From: an uncultured Acidobacteriota bacterium
GTDB taxonomy: Bacteria; Acidobacteriota; Thermoanaerobaculia; Multivoradales; SZUA-115
Direction of reading: 5' to 3'
DNA length: 64,000 bases
NCBI GenBank assembly: GCA_963805975.1
Contig: CAWDVR010000001.1
Location: 1,184,001-1,248,000, forward strand
Shown here: positions 23,414 through 33,470 of the stretch, piece after piece
Position numbering within the stretch: position 1 is the first letter of the stretch
How the letters are laid out: every line of letters begins with the position of its first letter
Notes under the pieces: model-generated
Told to the model about the DNA's origin: nothing
Databases searched by the model: none
Seen by the model: only the letters and a program-made list of their open reading frames with translations
Made by a program: the position numbers and the translations under genes

Positions 23414-24880
23414 ATGTCCCAAGCGATCAAGGTGGGGATCTTCGCCACCGTCGTCTTGCTGGTGCTCGGTTTTCTCATCATGCGGATCGAGGATCTCGAC
23501 TTTTTCGCCCCCGAGGGGCGGCGGGTGACCGCGCTCTTCGACTCGGTGGCCGGCCTGGACGACAAGGCCGCGGTGCGGGTGGCGGGAGTGCGCGTCGGTC
23601 GCGTCGACGGCGTGGGCCTCGAGGGCCGCCGGGCGAAGGTGAGCCTGCTGCTGGAGCAGCCGGTCCAGCTCAGCGAGGGCACGCGCGCCGCGATCGCCAC
23701 CTCGGGCCTCTTGGGCGACAAGTACGTGGAGCTGATCCCGGGTCCCGCGGGCGCGCCGCCGCTGGCGGAAGGAGCGACGATCGAGGGCGAGGTGCCGGTC
23801 ACCCTGGACCAGGCGATCGCCAGGCTGGACGCGGTGGGCGAGAACATCCAGAAGATCACCGGCGCCATCGCCGGCGAGGAAGGGGCGGGCGACAACCAGA
23901 TCACGCGCCTGCTCTCGAACCTCGAGGCGATCAGCGCCGACGTCCGCGACCTGATCGCCGCCAACCGCGACCAGGTGTCGGCCACGATCGCCAACTTCGA
24001 GATCACCAGCGCCACGCTCGCCCGCGAGCTGCCACGGCTGGCGGCGCGCATGGAGGAGCTGCTGCGCGAAGTCAACGGCGTGGTGGCCGAGAACCGCGGC
24101 GAGCTGGCGGCCACCATGGCCAACGTGCAGAAGATCACCGAGGGCCTGCAGCCGGCGGTGGAGGATCTCAAGACCATCTCCGGCCGGCTGGCGGCGGGGG
24201 AGGGCACGATCGGCAAGCTCCTCACCTCGGAGGAGGCGCACGACAAGCTGGTCTCGGTGCTGTCGAGCGTCGAGGGCGGTGTGGCGAGCCTCACCGACAC
24301 CTTGGGCGCGGTGCAGAAGATCAAGCTCGACCTCGGCATGGAGGGTTACTACCTGCCGTCGACCGAGGAGAGCCAGGCCGGCTTTCAGCTCGACTTCGCC
24401 ACCCGCAGCGAGTGGCTCTACCGCATCGGTGTCGCGGACACACCCTTCGGCCAGGAGGAGAAGAACTTCGAGCGCATCACCACCACGCTGCCGGACGGCA
24501 CGGTCGAGACCACCACCATCGACACCTTCAAGCGCGAGGACAAGCTCGCGATCTCAGCGCTCCTGGGCGCCAAGCTGGCCCGCGACTTCACGCTGCGCAC
24601 GGGCCTGATCGAGTCGAGCTTCGGGGTGCAGGCCGAGTACCCGCTGGTGGGCAACAAGCTCTGGCTGTCGTTCGAGGCCTTCGACTTCAACCGCGAGGAC
24701 GACCTCGAGCCGCACCTGCGGCTCTCGGGCCGCTGGCGCTTCCACCCCAACCTCTACGTGGTGGGCGGCTACGACGACTTCCTGACCGAAGAGCGCAACT
24801 CGCTCTTCCTGGGCGGCGGCGTGCGCTGGAACGACGACGACCTGAAGTACCTGCTGGGCTCGGTACCGATCCGGCCGTAG
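23414..24880 (+). CDS. mlaD: MlaD/MCE protein with long helical stalk and C-terminal beta-barrel-like domain
   Basis: N-terminal TM, GL...VRVAGVRVGRV, GLLGDKYVEL; coiled coil; amphipathic beta strands at C-terminus. Confidence 0.9.
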   Translation: MSQAIKVGIFATVVLLVLGFLIMRIEDLDFFAPEGRRVTALFDSVAGLDDKAAVRVAGVRVGRVDGVGLEGRRAKVSLLLEQPVQLSEGTRAAIATSGLLGDKYVELIPGPAGAPPLAEGATIEGEVPVTLDQAIARLDAVGENIQKITGAIAGEEGAGDNQITRLLSNLEAISADVRDLIAANRDQVSATIANFEITSATLARELPRLAARMEELLREVNGVVAENRGELAATMANVQKITEGLQPAVEDLKTISGRLAAGEGTIGKLLTSEEAHDKLVSVLSSVEGGVASLTDTLGAVQKIKLDLGMEGYYLPSTEESQAGFQLDFATRSEWLYRIGVADTPFGQEEKNFERITTTLPDGTVETTTIDTFKREDKLAISALLGAKLARDFTLRTGLIESSFGVQAEYPLVGNKLWLSFEAFDFNREDDLEPHLRLSGRWRFHPNLYVVGGYDDFLTEERNSLFLGGGVRWNDDDLKYLLGSVPIRP

Positions 24881-24881
24881 C

Positions 24882-24996
24882 GGGACGTAGCACGCCGGAC
24901 GGCCGGCACAAGCCCGGCCGCTACGTCCCGATGGCCGACCCGGGCTGTAGACACCGCAGTTCCGAACGTAGCGGCCGGACCTGTGCCGGCCGCTAC
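24882..24996. repeat. GTAG-type REP-like inverted palindrome pair between convergent mlaD and purC
   Basis: CGGCCGGCACAAGCCCGGCCGCTACGT (24900-24926) and near reverse complement ACGTAGCGGCCGGACCTGTGCCGGCCG (24966-24992). Confidence 0.65.
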
Positions 24997-25008
24997 TTCG
25001 TTCCCGCC

Positions 25009-25899
25009 CTACAGCTCCGGCTCTCGCCCGGTCAGCCGCCGGAAGGCCTCGATGTAGCGCTCGGCGGTGCCGGCGACCACCTCGTCCGGCAGGCGGGGCG
25101 GAGGCGACTCCTTGTCCCAGCCCGTCTGGTCCAGCCAGTTGCGGACGTACTGCTTGTCGAAGGAGATCGGCTCGGTGCCCGGCTTCCACAGCTCTCTCTC
25201 CCAGTAGCGCGAGGAGTCCGGCGTCAGCACCTCGTCGATCAGGGTCACCTCGCCGTCGACCAGGCCGAACTCGAACTTGGTGTCGGCGAGGATCAGGCCA
25301 CGGCCGGCGGCGATCGCGGCCCCGCGGTCGTAGAGCTCGAGCGTCAGCCGGCGCAGGCGCTCGGCCAGCTCGGCGCCGATCGCCTCGGCCATGGTCTCGA
25401 AGGTCACGTTCTCGTCGTGTCCCTGCTCGGCCTTGGTGGCGGGCGTGAAGATCGACTCCGGCAGACGGCTCGCGCGCTCGAGGCCGGCGGGCAGGGGGAT
25501 GCCGCAGACCTCGCGCCGGCCCTGGTACTCCTTGAAGCTGCTGCCGGCGAGGTAGCCGCGCGCCACGCACTCGAAGGGGATCACCTCCGCTTTCTTCACC
25601 ACCACGGCACGGCCGGCGAGGAGCTCGCCGTGCGGCGCCAGGCTGGGCGGGAACTCCACCGGGTCGGTGGCGAGGAGGTGGTGCGGCACCACGTCGGCCA
25701 GCTTCTCGAACCAGAAGCTCGAAAGCTGGGTGAGGATCTTGCCCTTGCCGGGAATGCCGGGCTCGAGCACGTGGTCGTACGCCGACAGCCGGTCGGTGGC
25801 GACGATCAGCAGGCTCTTGCCCAGGTCATAGACGTCCCGGACCTTGCCCCGCTTGGGCGGCGGCAGGTTGGGTAGCTTGGTCTCCCAGACGATCTCCAT
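25009..25899 (-). CDS. purC: SAICAR synthetase
   Basis: GKVRDVY, TDRLSAYD, ECVARGY, ADTKFEFG, DEVLTPDSSRYW, DKQ. Confidence 0.97.
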   Translation of the reverse strand: MEIVWETKLPNLPPPKRGKVRDVYDLGKSLLIVATDRLSAYDHVLEPGIPGKGKILTQLSSFWFEKLADVVPHHLLATDPVEFPPSLAPHGELLAGRAVVVKKAEVIPFECVARGYLAGSSFKEYQGRREVCGIPLPAGLERASRLPESIFTPATKAEQGHDENVTFETMAEAIGAELAERLRRLTLELYDRGAAIAAGRGLILADTKFEFGLVDGEVTLIDEVLTPDSSRYWERELWKPGTEPISFDKQYVRNWLDQTGWDKESPPPRLPDEVVAGTAERYIEAFRRLTGREPEL

Positions 25900-25931
25900 G
25901 GCTTGCTCCGTGCAGCGGTGCGGTTGGCTCT

Positions 25932-27995
25932 TCAACGGGTGGCGTGCGAGACAGCATAAGTGCCGGCGGCGAGGCGGTCGAGCGCCGAGGTGAGGCCCAG
26001 ACCGGAGAGCGGCTCGCGCTCGCGGTCGGCGAGATCGGTGGCATCGACCACCTCGTAGACCGGCAGGTCGTCGAGCCCCTTGAGGTGCGCCACGCCCAGC
26101 TTGCGCAACCCCACGTAGAGCTGGCTCGTGCCGTCCTCGAGCGCCAGCACCACGTAGGAACGACTCGCCTCGCGGCAGCGGTAGAGCTGTGGCGAGGCGA
26201 GCGTGGCCGCGAGCTGGCCCACGTACTCCTCGGTCGCCACGATGCCCTCGTTGATCAGCGAGCCGTTGCGGTTGACGTAGGCGTAGAAGGGCCGGTCCTC
26301 TTGCTCTTTGTCGACCAGGTCGAGATTGCGGCCGGCGAGGGGCTCGAAGAAGCGCTGCACGGCCTGCTGGGGATAGCCGTAGCTCACCAGGATGTTCTTG
26401 ATCTCCTCGATCTCCTGCGCGCTCTTGCCCGAGGTCAGGCGCGAGAGCTCCACCACGCCGTGGCCGAAGAACTCGTAGCGCTCGGGCTCGCCGTCGGAGC
26501 TCGCCTGGATGGGGATCAGCCGGTAGTGGCCGTAGTTCAGGCCCACCCGCATGCCCTGGTTGAAGGGCAGGCCGCTGGTGAGGGCGAGGCGGTAGAGGCG
26601 CTGCAAGTGGATGGCGCAGAGCAGCATCGAGGCCGGGCTGCGGCTGGTGTAGAAGGCGCCGTCGCCCAGGTACTTCTCGAGCTGCAGGCGGTAGGCGCTC
26701 GCCAGGCGGTTGATGCGGCGCTGGAAGCGGAACATCTGGCGGAAGGCCTGCTCCTGGGTCTCCTGGCCGGCGCGCCGCAGGAGCGACACCACCTCGGAGA
26801 AGTTGGTGATGTCGTAGATCAGGCCATAGCGGTGCACCAGCGGGTCGATCACCGACGGCGACATGAAGTCGAGCGGCCGGGTCGAGGGGGAGAGGTGGAG
26901 CAGCCGCTGGCCGATCCAGGTCCGGTCCAGGCCGCCGGCGCGGAACACCAGCCGCTCGCCCTCGCGCTTGACCGGCAGCACCAGGCTGCGCATCGCCTCG
27001 AGCAGCTCGAACTCCTTGAGCTTGACGAGGAGCGACTCCCAGAGCTGGACCTGGTCCGGCGTGAGGAGCTCGTTCGGCCGGTAGCCGCGCCGCACGGAGA
27101 GGAAGCTCACGTAGCCCGAGCGGTGGAGGAGCGAGCGCGGCTTGGAGCCACCCGATGGGCCTCCGGCCGGGCCCGACGGGCCTCCGGCCAGGAGCGGGGC
27201 ACCTGCCAGATGGTGGGCCGCGGCCTGCAGCTCGGGGTCCTCGCGCAGGGCGGCGGCGTGCCATTCGGCCAGCCGCTCCAGGCGCTGGCGCAGGTCGCGG
27301 CCGTCGACCCCCAGGAAGCCGGTGAGGTAGCTCCCCAGCTCCGAGAGATCGGCGCTGATGTGCTCCTCGGTAAAGATCAGCACGTTGTCGAACATGCGTT
27401 GGAGGAGGTGAGGCATCAGCCCCTCCTCCACGTCCTCGATGTCGGAAGCCAGCCGGCTCACCACCTCGTAGATCACCTGGCGGGCCTGGCCCCGGTACTT
27501 CTCGAAGATGCGGTACTTGATCTGATCACCGTGACGGCGGCCGAGCTCGAGGTCCAGACGGACCACGCGGCGCGGCACCTCTTTCAACCGACGGGCCACG
27601 TCGAGCGAGTGCAGCAGCCAGAAGAGCGCCGGGTAGTGGCGCCCATAGCTCGACATGGTGGCGTTCTGCACCGCCTGCGCGAGGAGTGTGCGATAGCGGG
27701 TCCAGGCCGCGCTGTAGGAGGTGCGCGAGAACGGCTCGCGCCGCACCGCGGCGAGCTGAGCTTCCTCCTCGGCGTCGAGGTATTGCGCCATGGCCTCGCG
27801 CAGGGAGGACAGGCCCTCGGTCTGGACCACCGGAAACCCCTGGAACGGGGTGGCGGTCTCGTCCTCGAGATAGAGCGGATAGGGCGTGGGCAGGAGCACC
27901 GAGGCGTCGGGAAAGAGCTGGCGCACCTCCTGCGCCGTGGGCTGAAGGAAGTTGAAAGACCCGCGCAGCAGGTGATCGAAAGGCGCCGTGGTCAT
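25932..27995 (-). CDS. Large protein with divergent class III nucleotide cyclase domain
   Basis: YDITNFS, EKYLGDG, RVGLNYG, YEFFGHGVVELSRL in correct order and spacing; unknown helical N-terminal region of about 390 aa. Confidence 0.7.
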   Translation of the reverse strand: MTTAPFDHLLRGSFNFLQPTAQEVRQLFPDASVLLPTPYPLYLEDETATPFQGFPVVQTEGLSSLREAMAQYLDAEEEAQLAAVRREPFSRTSYSAAWTRYRTLLAQAVQNATMSSYGRHYPALFWLLHSLDVARRLKEVPRRVVRLDLELGRRHGDQIKYRIFEKYRGQARQVIYEVVSRLASDIEDVEEGLMPHLLQRMFDNVLIFTEEHISADLSELGSYLTGFLGVDGRDLRQRLERLAEWHAAALREDPELQAAAHHLAGAPLLAGGPSGPAGGPSGGSKPRSLLHRSGYVSFLSVRRGYRPNELLTPDQVQLWESLLVKLKEFELLEAMRSLVLPVKREGERLVFRAGGLDRTWIGQRLLHLSPSTRPLDFMSPSVIDPLVHRYGLIYDITNFSEVVSLLRRAGQETQEQAFRQMFRFQRRINRLASAYRLQLEKYLGDGAFYTSRSPASMLLCAIHLQRLYRLALTSGLPFNQGMRVGLNYGHYRLIPIQASSDGEPERYEFFGHGVVELSRLTSGKSAQEIEEIKNILVSYGYPQQAVQRFFEPLAGRNLDLVDKEQEDRPFYAYVNRNGSLINEGIVATEEYVGQLAATLASPQLYRCREASRSYVVLALEDGTSQLYVGLRKLGVAHLKGLDDLPVYEVVDATDLADREREPLSGLGLTSALDRLAAGTYAVSHATR

Positions 27996-28177
27996 CGCGA
28001 GCAACCGGGCATCGTCAGCGGATCCGCCCCCAGAGATCGTCGTGGGAAGGCGTATAGCATACCCTCGTGGCCACCGGGAGCCTGGCGCTCCGCTGCCGGA
28101 GGGGCGTTGGCCGCCCTGTTACAATCGAGCTCCACTGAGCGGCCGCCGCCCATCCTGCTTGCCCGAGGGGTTACACC

Positions 28178-29659
28178 ATGCGTGGAATCGTGCCTTTGTC
28201 CTTGGCCGCCGGCGAGGGCCTGGCGGCGGAGCAGCTCATCGTGGCCTGCTTCCAGGGAGAGGCGCCCCCGGTCTCCAATCTGCCGGCAGAGGTGGCGGCG
28301 GCGATCCGCACGCTGGCGACGCGGCCGGGCTGGCAGGGCCGCGACGGGCAGACGGCTGAGACCGGCGTCTCCGGAAGCGGGGTGGGAGTGGTCACCCTGC
28401 TGGGGCTGGGCAAGCGCGAGGAGCTCGATGCCCTCGCGCTGCGCGCGGCGCTCTTCGCCGCCGTGGAGATGGCGCGGATCAACCGGGTCAGTGATCTCGC
28501 CGTCACCGTCCCCGACCACCAGGCCGTCGCCGGCGAAGCCGGGGCGGAGCGCGTGCTGTCGCAGTTGCAGATCGCGAGCTATCGCTTCCAGCGCTACCTC
28601 ACCCAAAAGGAAGATCGGGGGCACCAGATCAGGAGCCTCACCCTGGTGCCGCCGGCCCCGCACGAGGCGGCATACCGTGAGGCGCTGCCGGCGAGCGAGC
28701 CGCTGGCCCGGGCCATCGTCCTCACCCGGGAGCTCTGCAACGCGCCGCCCAACGAAGCGACCCCCGAGTGGATGGAGGAGCGGGCCCGGTCCGTGGCTGC
28801 GGATTCCGGCCTCTCCTTCACCGTGCTCGACGCCGACCGCTTGGCGCGGCTCGGCATGGGTGGGATCCTCGCGGTGGGGGCCGGCTCGGCCCATCCGCCG
28901 CGCCTGCTCAAGCTCGCCTACGGAGACCACGGGCCGGCGGTCGCGCTGGTCGGCAAGGGCATCACCTTCGACACCGGCGGTATCTCGCTCAAGCCCGCCG
29001 CCGCCATGGACGAGATGAAGTACGACAAGGGCGGCGCCTGCACGGTGCTGGCGGTCGCCGCCCTCGCCGCCGAGCTCCGCCTTCCCCTGCGTCTCACCGC
29101 CTACCTGCCGATCGCCGAGAACATGCCGGACGGGGGCTCCTACCGCCCGGGCGACATCATCCGTTGCTACAACGGCAAGACGGTCGAGATCGTCAACACC
29201 GATGCCGAGGGCCGGCTGATCCTCGCCGACGCGCTGGCACTGGCGGTGGAAGAGGGAGCTGAGCACGTGGTCGAGTACTCGACCCTGACCGGCGCCTGCA
29301 CGGTGGCCCTCGGACGGCTCGCCGCCGGCCTCTACACTCCCGACGACGCTCTGGCGCAGGAGCTGCTGACGGCGGCCGAGCGGGCCGGCGAGAGGCTGTG
29401 GCGCCTGCCCCTCTGGCCGGAGCTCGTCGAGCTCGTCAAGGGCACCCACGCCGACCTCAAGAACTCGTTCGACCGCTGGGGCAGCTCCAACCTGGCGGCT
29501 ACCTTCCTCGCCCAGTTCGTCGAGCCCCTGGCACGCTGGGCCCATCTCGACATCGCCGGCCCGGTCAACGTCACCAAAGAAGGCCCGGGCGGCGTGGGTG
29601 CCACCGGCTACGGCGTGGCCCTCTCTCTCGCCTGGCTGCGCGATCTCGTCCGCCGATGA
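28178..29659 (+). CDS. pepA: Leucyl aminopeptidase (M17)
   Basis: VGKGITFDTGG, MKYD, NTDAEGRL, TLTGA, HLDIAG. Confidence 0.96.
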   Translation: MRGIVPLSLAAGEGLAAEQLIVACFQGEAPPVSNLPAEVAAAIRTLATRPGWQGRDGQTAETGVSGSGVGVVTLLGLGKREELDALALRAALFAAVEMARINRVSDLAVTVPDHQAVAGEAGAERVLSQLQIASYRFQRYLTQKEDRGHQIRSLTLVPPAPHEAAYREALPASEPLARAIVLTRELCNAPPNEATPEWMEERARSVAADSGLSFTVLDADRLARLGMGGILAVGAGSAHPPRLLKLAYGDHGPAVALVGKGITFDTGGISLKPAAAMDEMKYDKGGACTVLAVAALAAELRLPLRLTAYLPIAENMPDGGSYRPGDIIRCYNGKTVEIVNTDAEGRLILADALALAVEEGAEHVVEYSTLTGACTVALGRLAAGLYTPDDALAQELLTAAERAGERLWRLPLWPELVELVKGTHADLKNSFDRWGSSNLAATFLAQFVEPLARWAHLDIAGPVNVTKEGPGGVGATGYGVALSLAWLRDLVRR

Positions 29660-30645
29660 GCTCTCTGCTGGCGGTCGAGGGGCTGACGGTCAGCTTCCCC
29701 GCCCACGGTACGCGGGCGCCGGTGGTCCAAGGGGTGGGCTTCGCGCTCGAACGGGGTGAATGCCTGGGCCTGGTGGGCGAGTCGGGCTCCGGCAAGAGCA
29801 TGACGGCGCTCGCCATTCTCGGCCTGGTGCCGGCGCCGGGCCGGATCGAGTCCGGCGCCATCCTTCTCGCAGGCGAGGATCTGCGCCGCTGCCGCGAGTC
29901 CGAGCTGCGCAAGGTCCGCGGCGGGCGGATCGCGATGGTCTTCCAGGAGCCCATGGCGGCGCTCAACCCGGTGTTCACCATCGGCTTCCAGATCGCCGAG
30001 GCGGCGCGCCTCCACCGCGGCCTCTCCCGCCGCGAAGCCCGGCAGGAGAGCCTGCGGCTGCTGGAGCTGGTGGCGATCGCCGAGCCCGCCAAGCGCCTCG
30101 ACGACTATCCCCACCAGCTCTCGGGCGGTCAGTGCCAGCGGGCGGTGATCGCCATGGCACTGGCGGGTGAGCCCCAGATCCTGCTCGCCGACGAGCCCAC
30201 CACGGCCCTCGACGTCACGGTCCAGGCGCAGATCCTCGCCCTCCTCGACCGGCTGCGCGAAGAGCTGGACCTGGCGGTGCTGCTCATCACCCACGACCTG
30301 GGCGTGGTGGCCGAGGCCTGCTCGCGGGTGGTGGTCCTCTACGCCGGTCAGGTGGTCGAGGAAGCCGGCGTGAACGAGCTCTTCCGCGAGCCGGCGCACC
30401 CCTACACCCGGGCTCTGCTCGCCGCCTCGCCGCGGCTCGGCGCGCCGGTCGCCAAGGGCCACCTCCCGACCGTGCCCGGTCGTGTGGCGGATCCCTTCGC
30501 CCGACCCTCGGGCTGCGCTTTCCACCCCCGCTGCAGCTTTGCCTTCGAACCCTGCCCGCGGGTCGAGCCGGCGCTCTGGGACCTGCCGCACGGGCGGCGG
30601 GCGCGTTGCTTCCTCCATGCGCCTCCGGGCGCGGGGGCCGGATGA
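29656..30645 (+). CDS. oppD: Oligopeptide/dipeptide ABC ATPase (OppD/DppD)
   Basis: [25 protein letters not shown]-terminal GCAFHPRC. Confidence 0.88.
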   Translation: MSSLLAVEGLTVSFPAHGTRAPVVQGVGFALERGECLGLVGESGSGKSMTALAILGLVPAPGRIESGAILLAGEDLRRCRESELRKVRGGRIAMVFQEPMAALNPVFTIGFQIAEAARLHRGLSRREARQESLRLLELVAIAEPAKRLDDYPHQLSGGQCQRAVIAMALAGEPQILLADEPTTALDVTVQAQILALLDRLREELDLAVLLITHDLGVVAEACSRVVVLYAGQVVEEAGVNELFREPAHPYTRALLAASPRLGAPVAKGHLPTVPGRVADPFARPSGCAFHPRCSFAFEPCPRVEPALWDLPHGRRARCFLHAPPGAGAG

Positions 30646-31646
30646 GCACCATCGTCCAGGCCGAGCGTCTGTCGAAGCACTTTCCGGTGCGCCGGGGCCT
30701 GCTGCAGCGCCAGCGGGCGGTGGTGCGGGCCCTGGACGAGGTCGACCTCGCGGTCGCGGAGGGCGAGTGCTTCGGGCTGGTCGGCGAGTCCGGAAGCGGC
30801 AAGTCCACTCTCGGCCGCCTGCTGCTGTACCTGCTCCAGCCCACTTCCGGCCGCGTGCTGTTCCGCGGCGAGAACCTGGGCGAGCTCGGCCGCGAGGAGC
30901 TGCGCCGCCACCGCCGCCGCTTCCAGATGGTGTTCCAGGACCCCTTCGGCTCTCTCAACCCGCGAATGAGAGTCGGCGCCATGCTGAGCGAGCCGATCGC
31001 CGTCCACCGGCTGGCGCCCAAGGGGGCGATCGGCGGCCGGGTGGCGAGCCTCCTCGAGCAGGTGGGGCTCGCCGCGGACGCGGCCGAGCGCTATCCGCAC
31101 GAGTTTTCGGGCGGCCAGAGGCAAAGGATCGCCATCGCCCGAGCCCTCGCCTGCCAGCCGGAGCTCATCGTGGCCGACGAGCCGGTCTCCGCGCTCGACG
31201 TCTCGGTGCGGGCGCAGATCGTCAACCTGCTGGCCGGATTGCAGCGTGACCTCGGTCTGTCGATGGTGTTCGTGGCGCACGATCTGGCGGTGGTGGAGCA
31301 CGTCGCGGATCGCGTCGCCGTGCTCTACCTGGGGCGGATCGTCGAGCAGGCGGAGCGATCCAGGCTGTTCGCCGCGCCGCAGCACCCCTACACCGTGGGG
31401 CTCCTGGCCGCGGTGCCCCAGCCGGAGCCCGGCCCCAAGCGGGCCCTGGTGCCGCCGGGGGAACCACCAAGCCCGATGGCGCCTCCGCCCGGCTGCGCCT
31501 TCCACCCCCGCTGCGCCATCGCCAGGCCCCGCTGCTCTCGCGAGCGCCCCATGCTCGCGCCGGTCGCAGACGGCCACCTGGTGGCCTGCCACTTCCCCGG
31601 AGAGCTGGCGCCGCCGCGACCGGCCGGTCTCGGGCTGCTAGGATAA
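30642..31646 (+). CDS. oppF: Oligopeptide/dipeptide ABC ATPase (OppF/DppF)
   Basis: [40 protein letters not shown]. Confidence 0.88.
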   Translation: MSTIVQAERLSKHFPVRRGLLQRQRAVVRALDEVDLAVAEGECFGLVGESGSGKSTLGRLLLYLLQPTSGRVLFRGENLGELGREELRRHRRRFQMVFQDPFGSLNPRMRVGAMLSEPIAVHRLAPKGAIGGRVASLLEQVGLAADAAERYPHEFSGGQRQRIAIARALACQPELIVADEPVSALDVSVRAQIVNLLAGLQRDLGLSMVFVAHDLAVVEHVADRVAVLYLGRIVEQAERSRLFAAPQHPYTVGLLAAVPQPEPGPKRALVPPGEPPSPMAPPPGCAFHPRCAIARPRCSRERPMLAPVADGHLVACHFPGELAPPRPAGLGLLG

Positions 31647-31732
31647 CCTTCCGCCGGCCGGGACGTAGAACGCTCGAGAGCAGCCCGGTTTCCGCCTTGA
31701 TCCCCGACCCGCCAATCGAAAGAGGGAGATTC

Positions 31733-33406
31733 ATGAAACGAGTGCAAACAGGCCTCATCCGCGGCGCCGGCAAGATGCTCGCTGCCGCGCTGACGGTCGC
31801 CACGGCGGCAGGCGCCGGGTGGCAGGCCCAGGCCGCCGATGCACCCGGATCGGTCGCCGTGTCGACCGTGCCGCGTGCCACCGTGGCGGACGCCAATCTG
31901 CGGCGGCAGGACACCAACATCCTGCTCACTCTCGACGAGGCGGTCGGGATCGCTCTCGAGCGCAATCTCGGTCTGGTCATCGAGCGCTACACGCGGGAGA
32001 CCTTTCGGCTCGGCATCCTGTCGGCCAAGAGCATCTTCGACCTCAATCTCGACGCCGACGCCACGGTCAGCGAGTCCACCTCGCGCACCAGCCGCTCGCT
32101 CGAGGGCGCGGACGTGCTCACCAGCGAGCGCCTGTCCTTCAACCTCGGCCTCGCGCAGCTCACGCCGCTCGGCGGCGTCTTCACTCTCAACTGGGACAAC
32201 AACCGTTCCGAGAACAACGACGTCTTCGCCACCTTCAACCCGTCGTTCGGCGTCGGCACCGGTGTCAGCTATCGCCAGCCGCTGCTGCGCAACTTCGGCG
32301 TCGAGGCCACGACGCGCGACCTGATCGTCGCCAGAAACGCCCTCAACATCAGCCTCGAGGCCTTCGAGCAGTCGGTGGCGGACACCATCCAGCAGGTGGA
32401 GAACGCCTACTGGGACCTGGTGGAAGCGCAGGAGAGGCTGCGGGTCGCCGAGGAGAGCCTGGGGCTCGCCGAGGAGCTGCACCGCAGGAACCGCGTGCAG
32501 GTCGATGTCGGCACCCTGCCGCCGCTCGAGCTGGTAAGGAGCGAGGCCAACGTCGCCACCCGCCAGGAGGACATCATCACCTCGCGCACCGCGGTCGGCA
32601 ACGCCAACGACCGCCTGCGCCTGCTGCTCAACATCGACCAGGGCGAGGCCTGGGACGCCGAGATCATCCCCGAGACCAACCCGCGCACCCAGGCCATCCA
32701 GATCGACGTCGCCCAGGCCATCCGGACCGCGCTCGCCGAGCGCCCGGAGATCGAGCGCCAGCGCCTGACGCTCAACCGCCTGGAGCTCGATGCGCGCCTC
32801 AGCAAGCGCGAGACCCTGCCGCTCCTCGACGTCACCGTGGGCTACGGCCTGTCCGGCAGCGCCGGCGACCTGCGCGACGTCGATCCGCAGGACCCCACGC
32901 CCAGCCCGATCATCATCTCGTCGACCGACTACTTCGACGCCCTCGACCAGCTCCTGGACGGCGATCTGAACGGCTGGAGCGTGACCTTCAACTTCGCCTA
33001 CCCGTTGCAGAACCGTGCCGCCCGCGCCGCCGCTGCCACCGCCCAGGTCAACCTCGACAGCGGCCAGGCCGAGCTGCGCCAGGTGGAGCAGCAGGTGGTC
33101 ACCGAGGTGCGGACCGCTTCGCGCCAGGTGCTGGCGGCGGCGCAGCAGATCGAGTCGGCCGGCGTCTCCCGGCGCCTCCAGGAGAGAAACCTCGAAGCCG
33201 AGCAGAAGCGCTACGAGAACGGCATGTCGACCAGCTTCGAGGTGACGCAGATCCAGGAGGATCTGAACGCGGCCAAGAGCCGCGAGGTGCAGGCCGTGGC
33301 CTCGTACCGCCGGGCGCTGACCGAGTTCTATCGCTCGATCGGCCAGTTGCTGGAGGAGAACGGCGTCGAGCTCGCGGATCCGGCGGGGGAAGCGCCGACG
33401 CGCTAG
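31733..33406 (+). CDS. TolC family outer membrane efflux protein
   Basis: Signal peptide, LTLDEAV..ALERN, QPLLR, AYWDL, AEQKRYENG. Confidence 0.9.
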   Translation: MKRVQTGLIRGAGKMLAAALTVATAAGAGWQAQAADAPGSVAVSTVPRATVADANLRRQDTNILLTLDEAVGIALERNLGLVIERYTRETFRLGILSAKSIFDLNLDADATVSESTSRTSRSLEGADVLTSERLSFNLGLAQLTPLGGVFTLNWDNNRSENNDVFATFNPSFGVGTGVSYRQPLLRNFGVEATTRDLIVARNALNISLEAFEQSVADTIQQVENAYWDLVEAQERLRVAEESLGLAEELHRRNRVQVDVGTLPPLELVRSEANVATRQEDIITSRTAVGNANDRLRLLLNIDQGEAWDAEIIPETNPRTQAIQIDVAQAIRTALAERPEIERQRLTLNRLELDARLSKRETLPLLDVTVGYGLSGSAGDLRDVDPQDPTPSPIIISSTDYFDALDQLLDGDLNGWSVTFNFAYPLQNRAARAAAATAQVNLDSGQAELRQVEQQVVTEVRTASRQVLAAAQQIESAGVSRRLQERNLEAEQKRYENGMSTSFEVTQIQEDLNAAKSREVQAVASYRRALTEFYRSIGQLLEENGVELADPAGEAPTR

Positions 33407-33470
33407 GCGGACTAGAGTCGGCCCGCGGGCCGTATCCGTCTCGTCTGCTCGTTCTTATCGGGAGAGAAGC

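Noticed and set aside
24880-25008. Possible CRISPR array
   Set aside because: Repeats are inverted, only two copies, no spacer periodicity and no cas genes
25932-27995. Cyclase as a Pycsar/CBASS defence system
   Set aside because: No adjacent TIR/TM effector; housekeeping context (purC, pepA)
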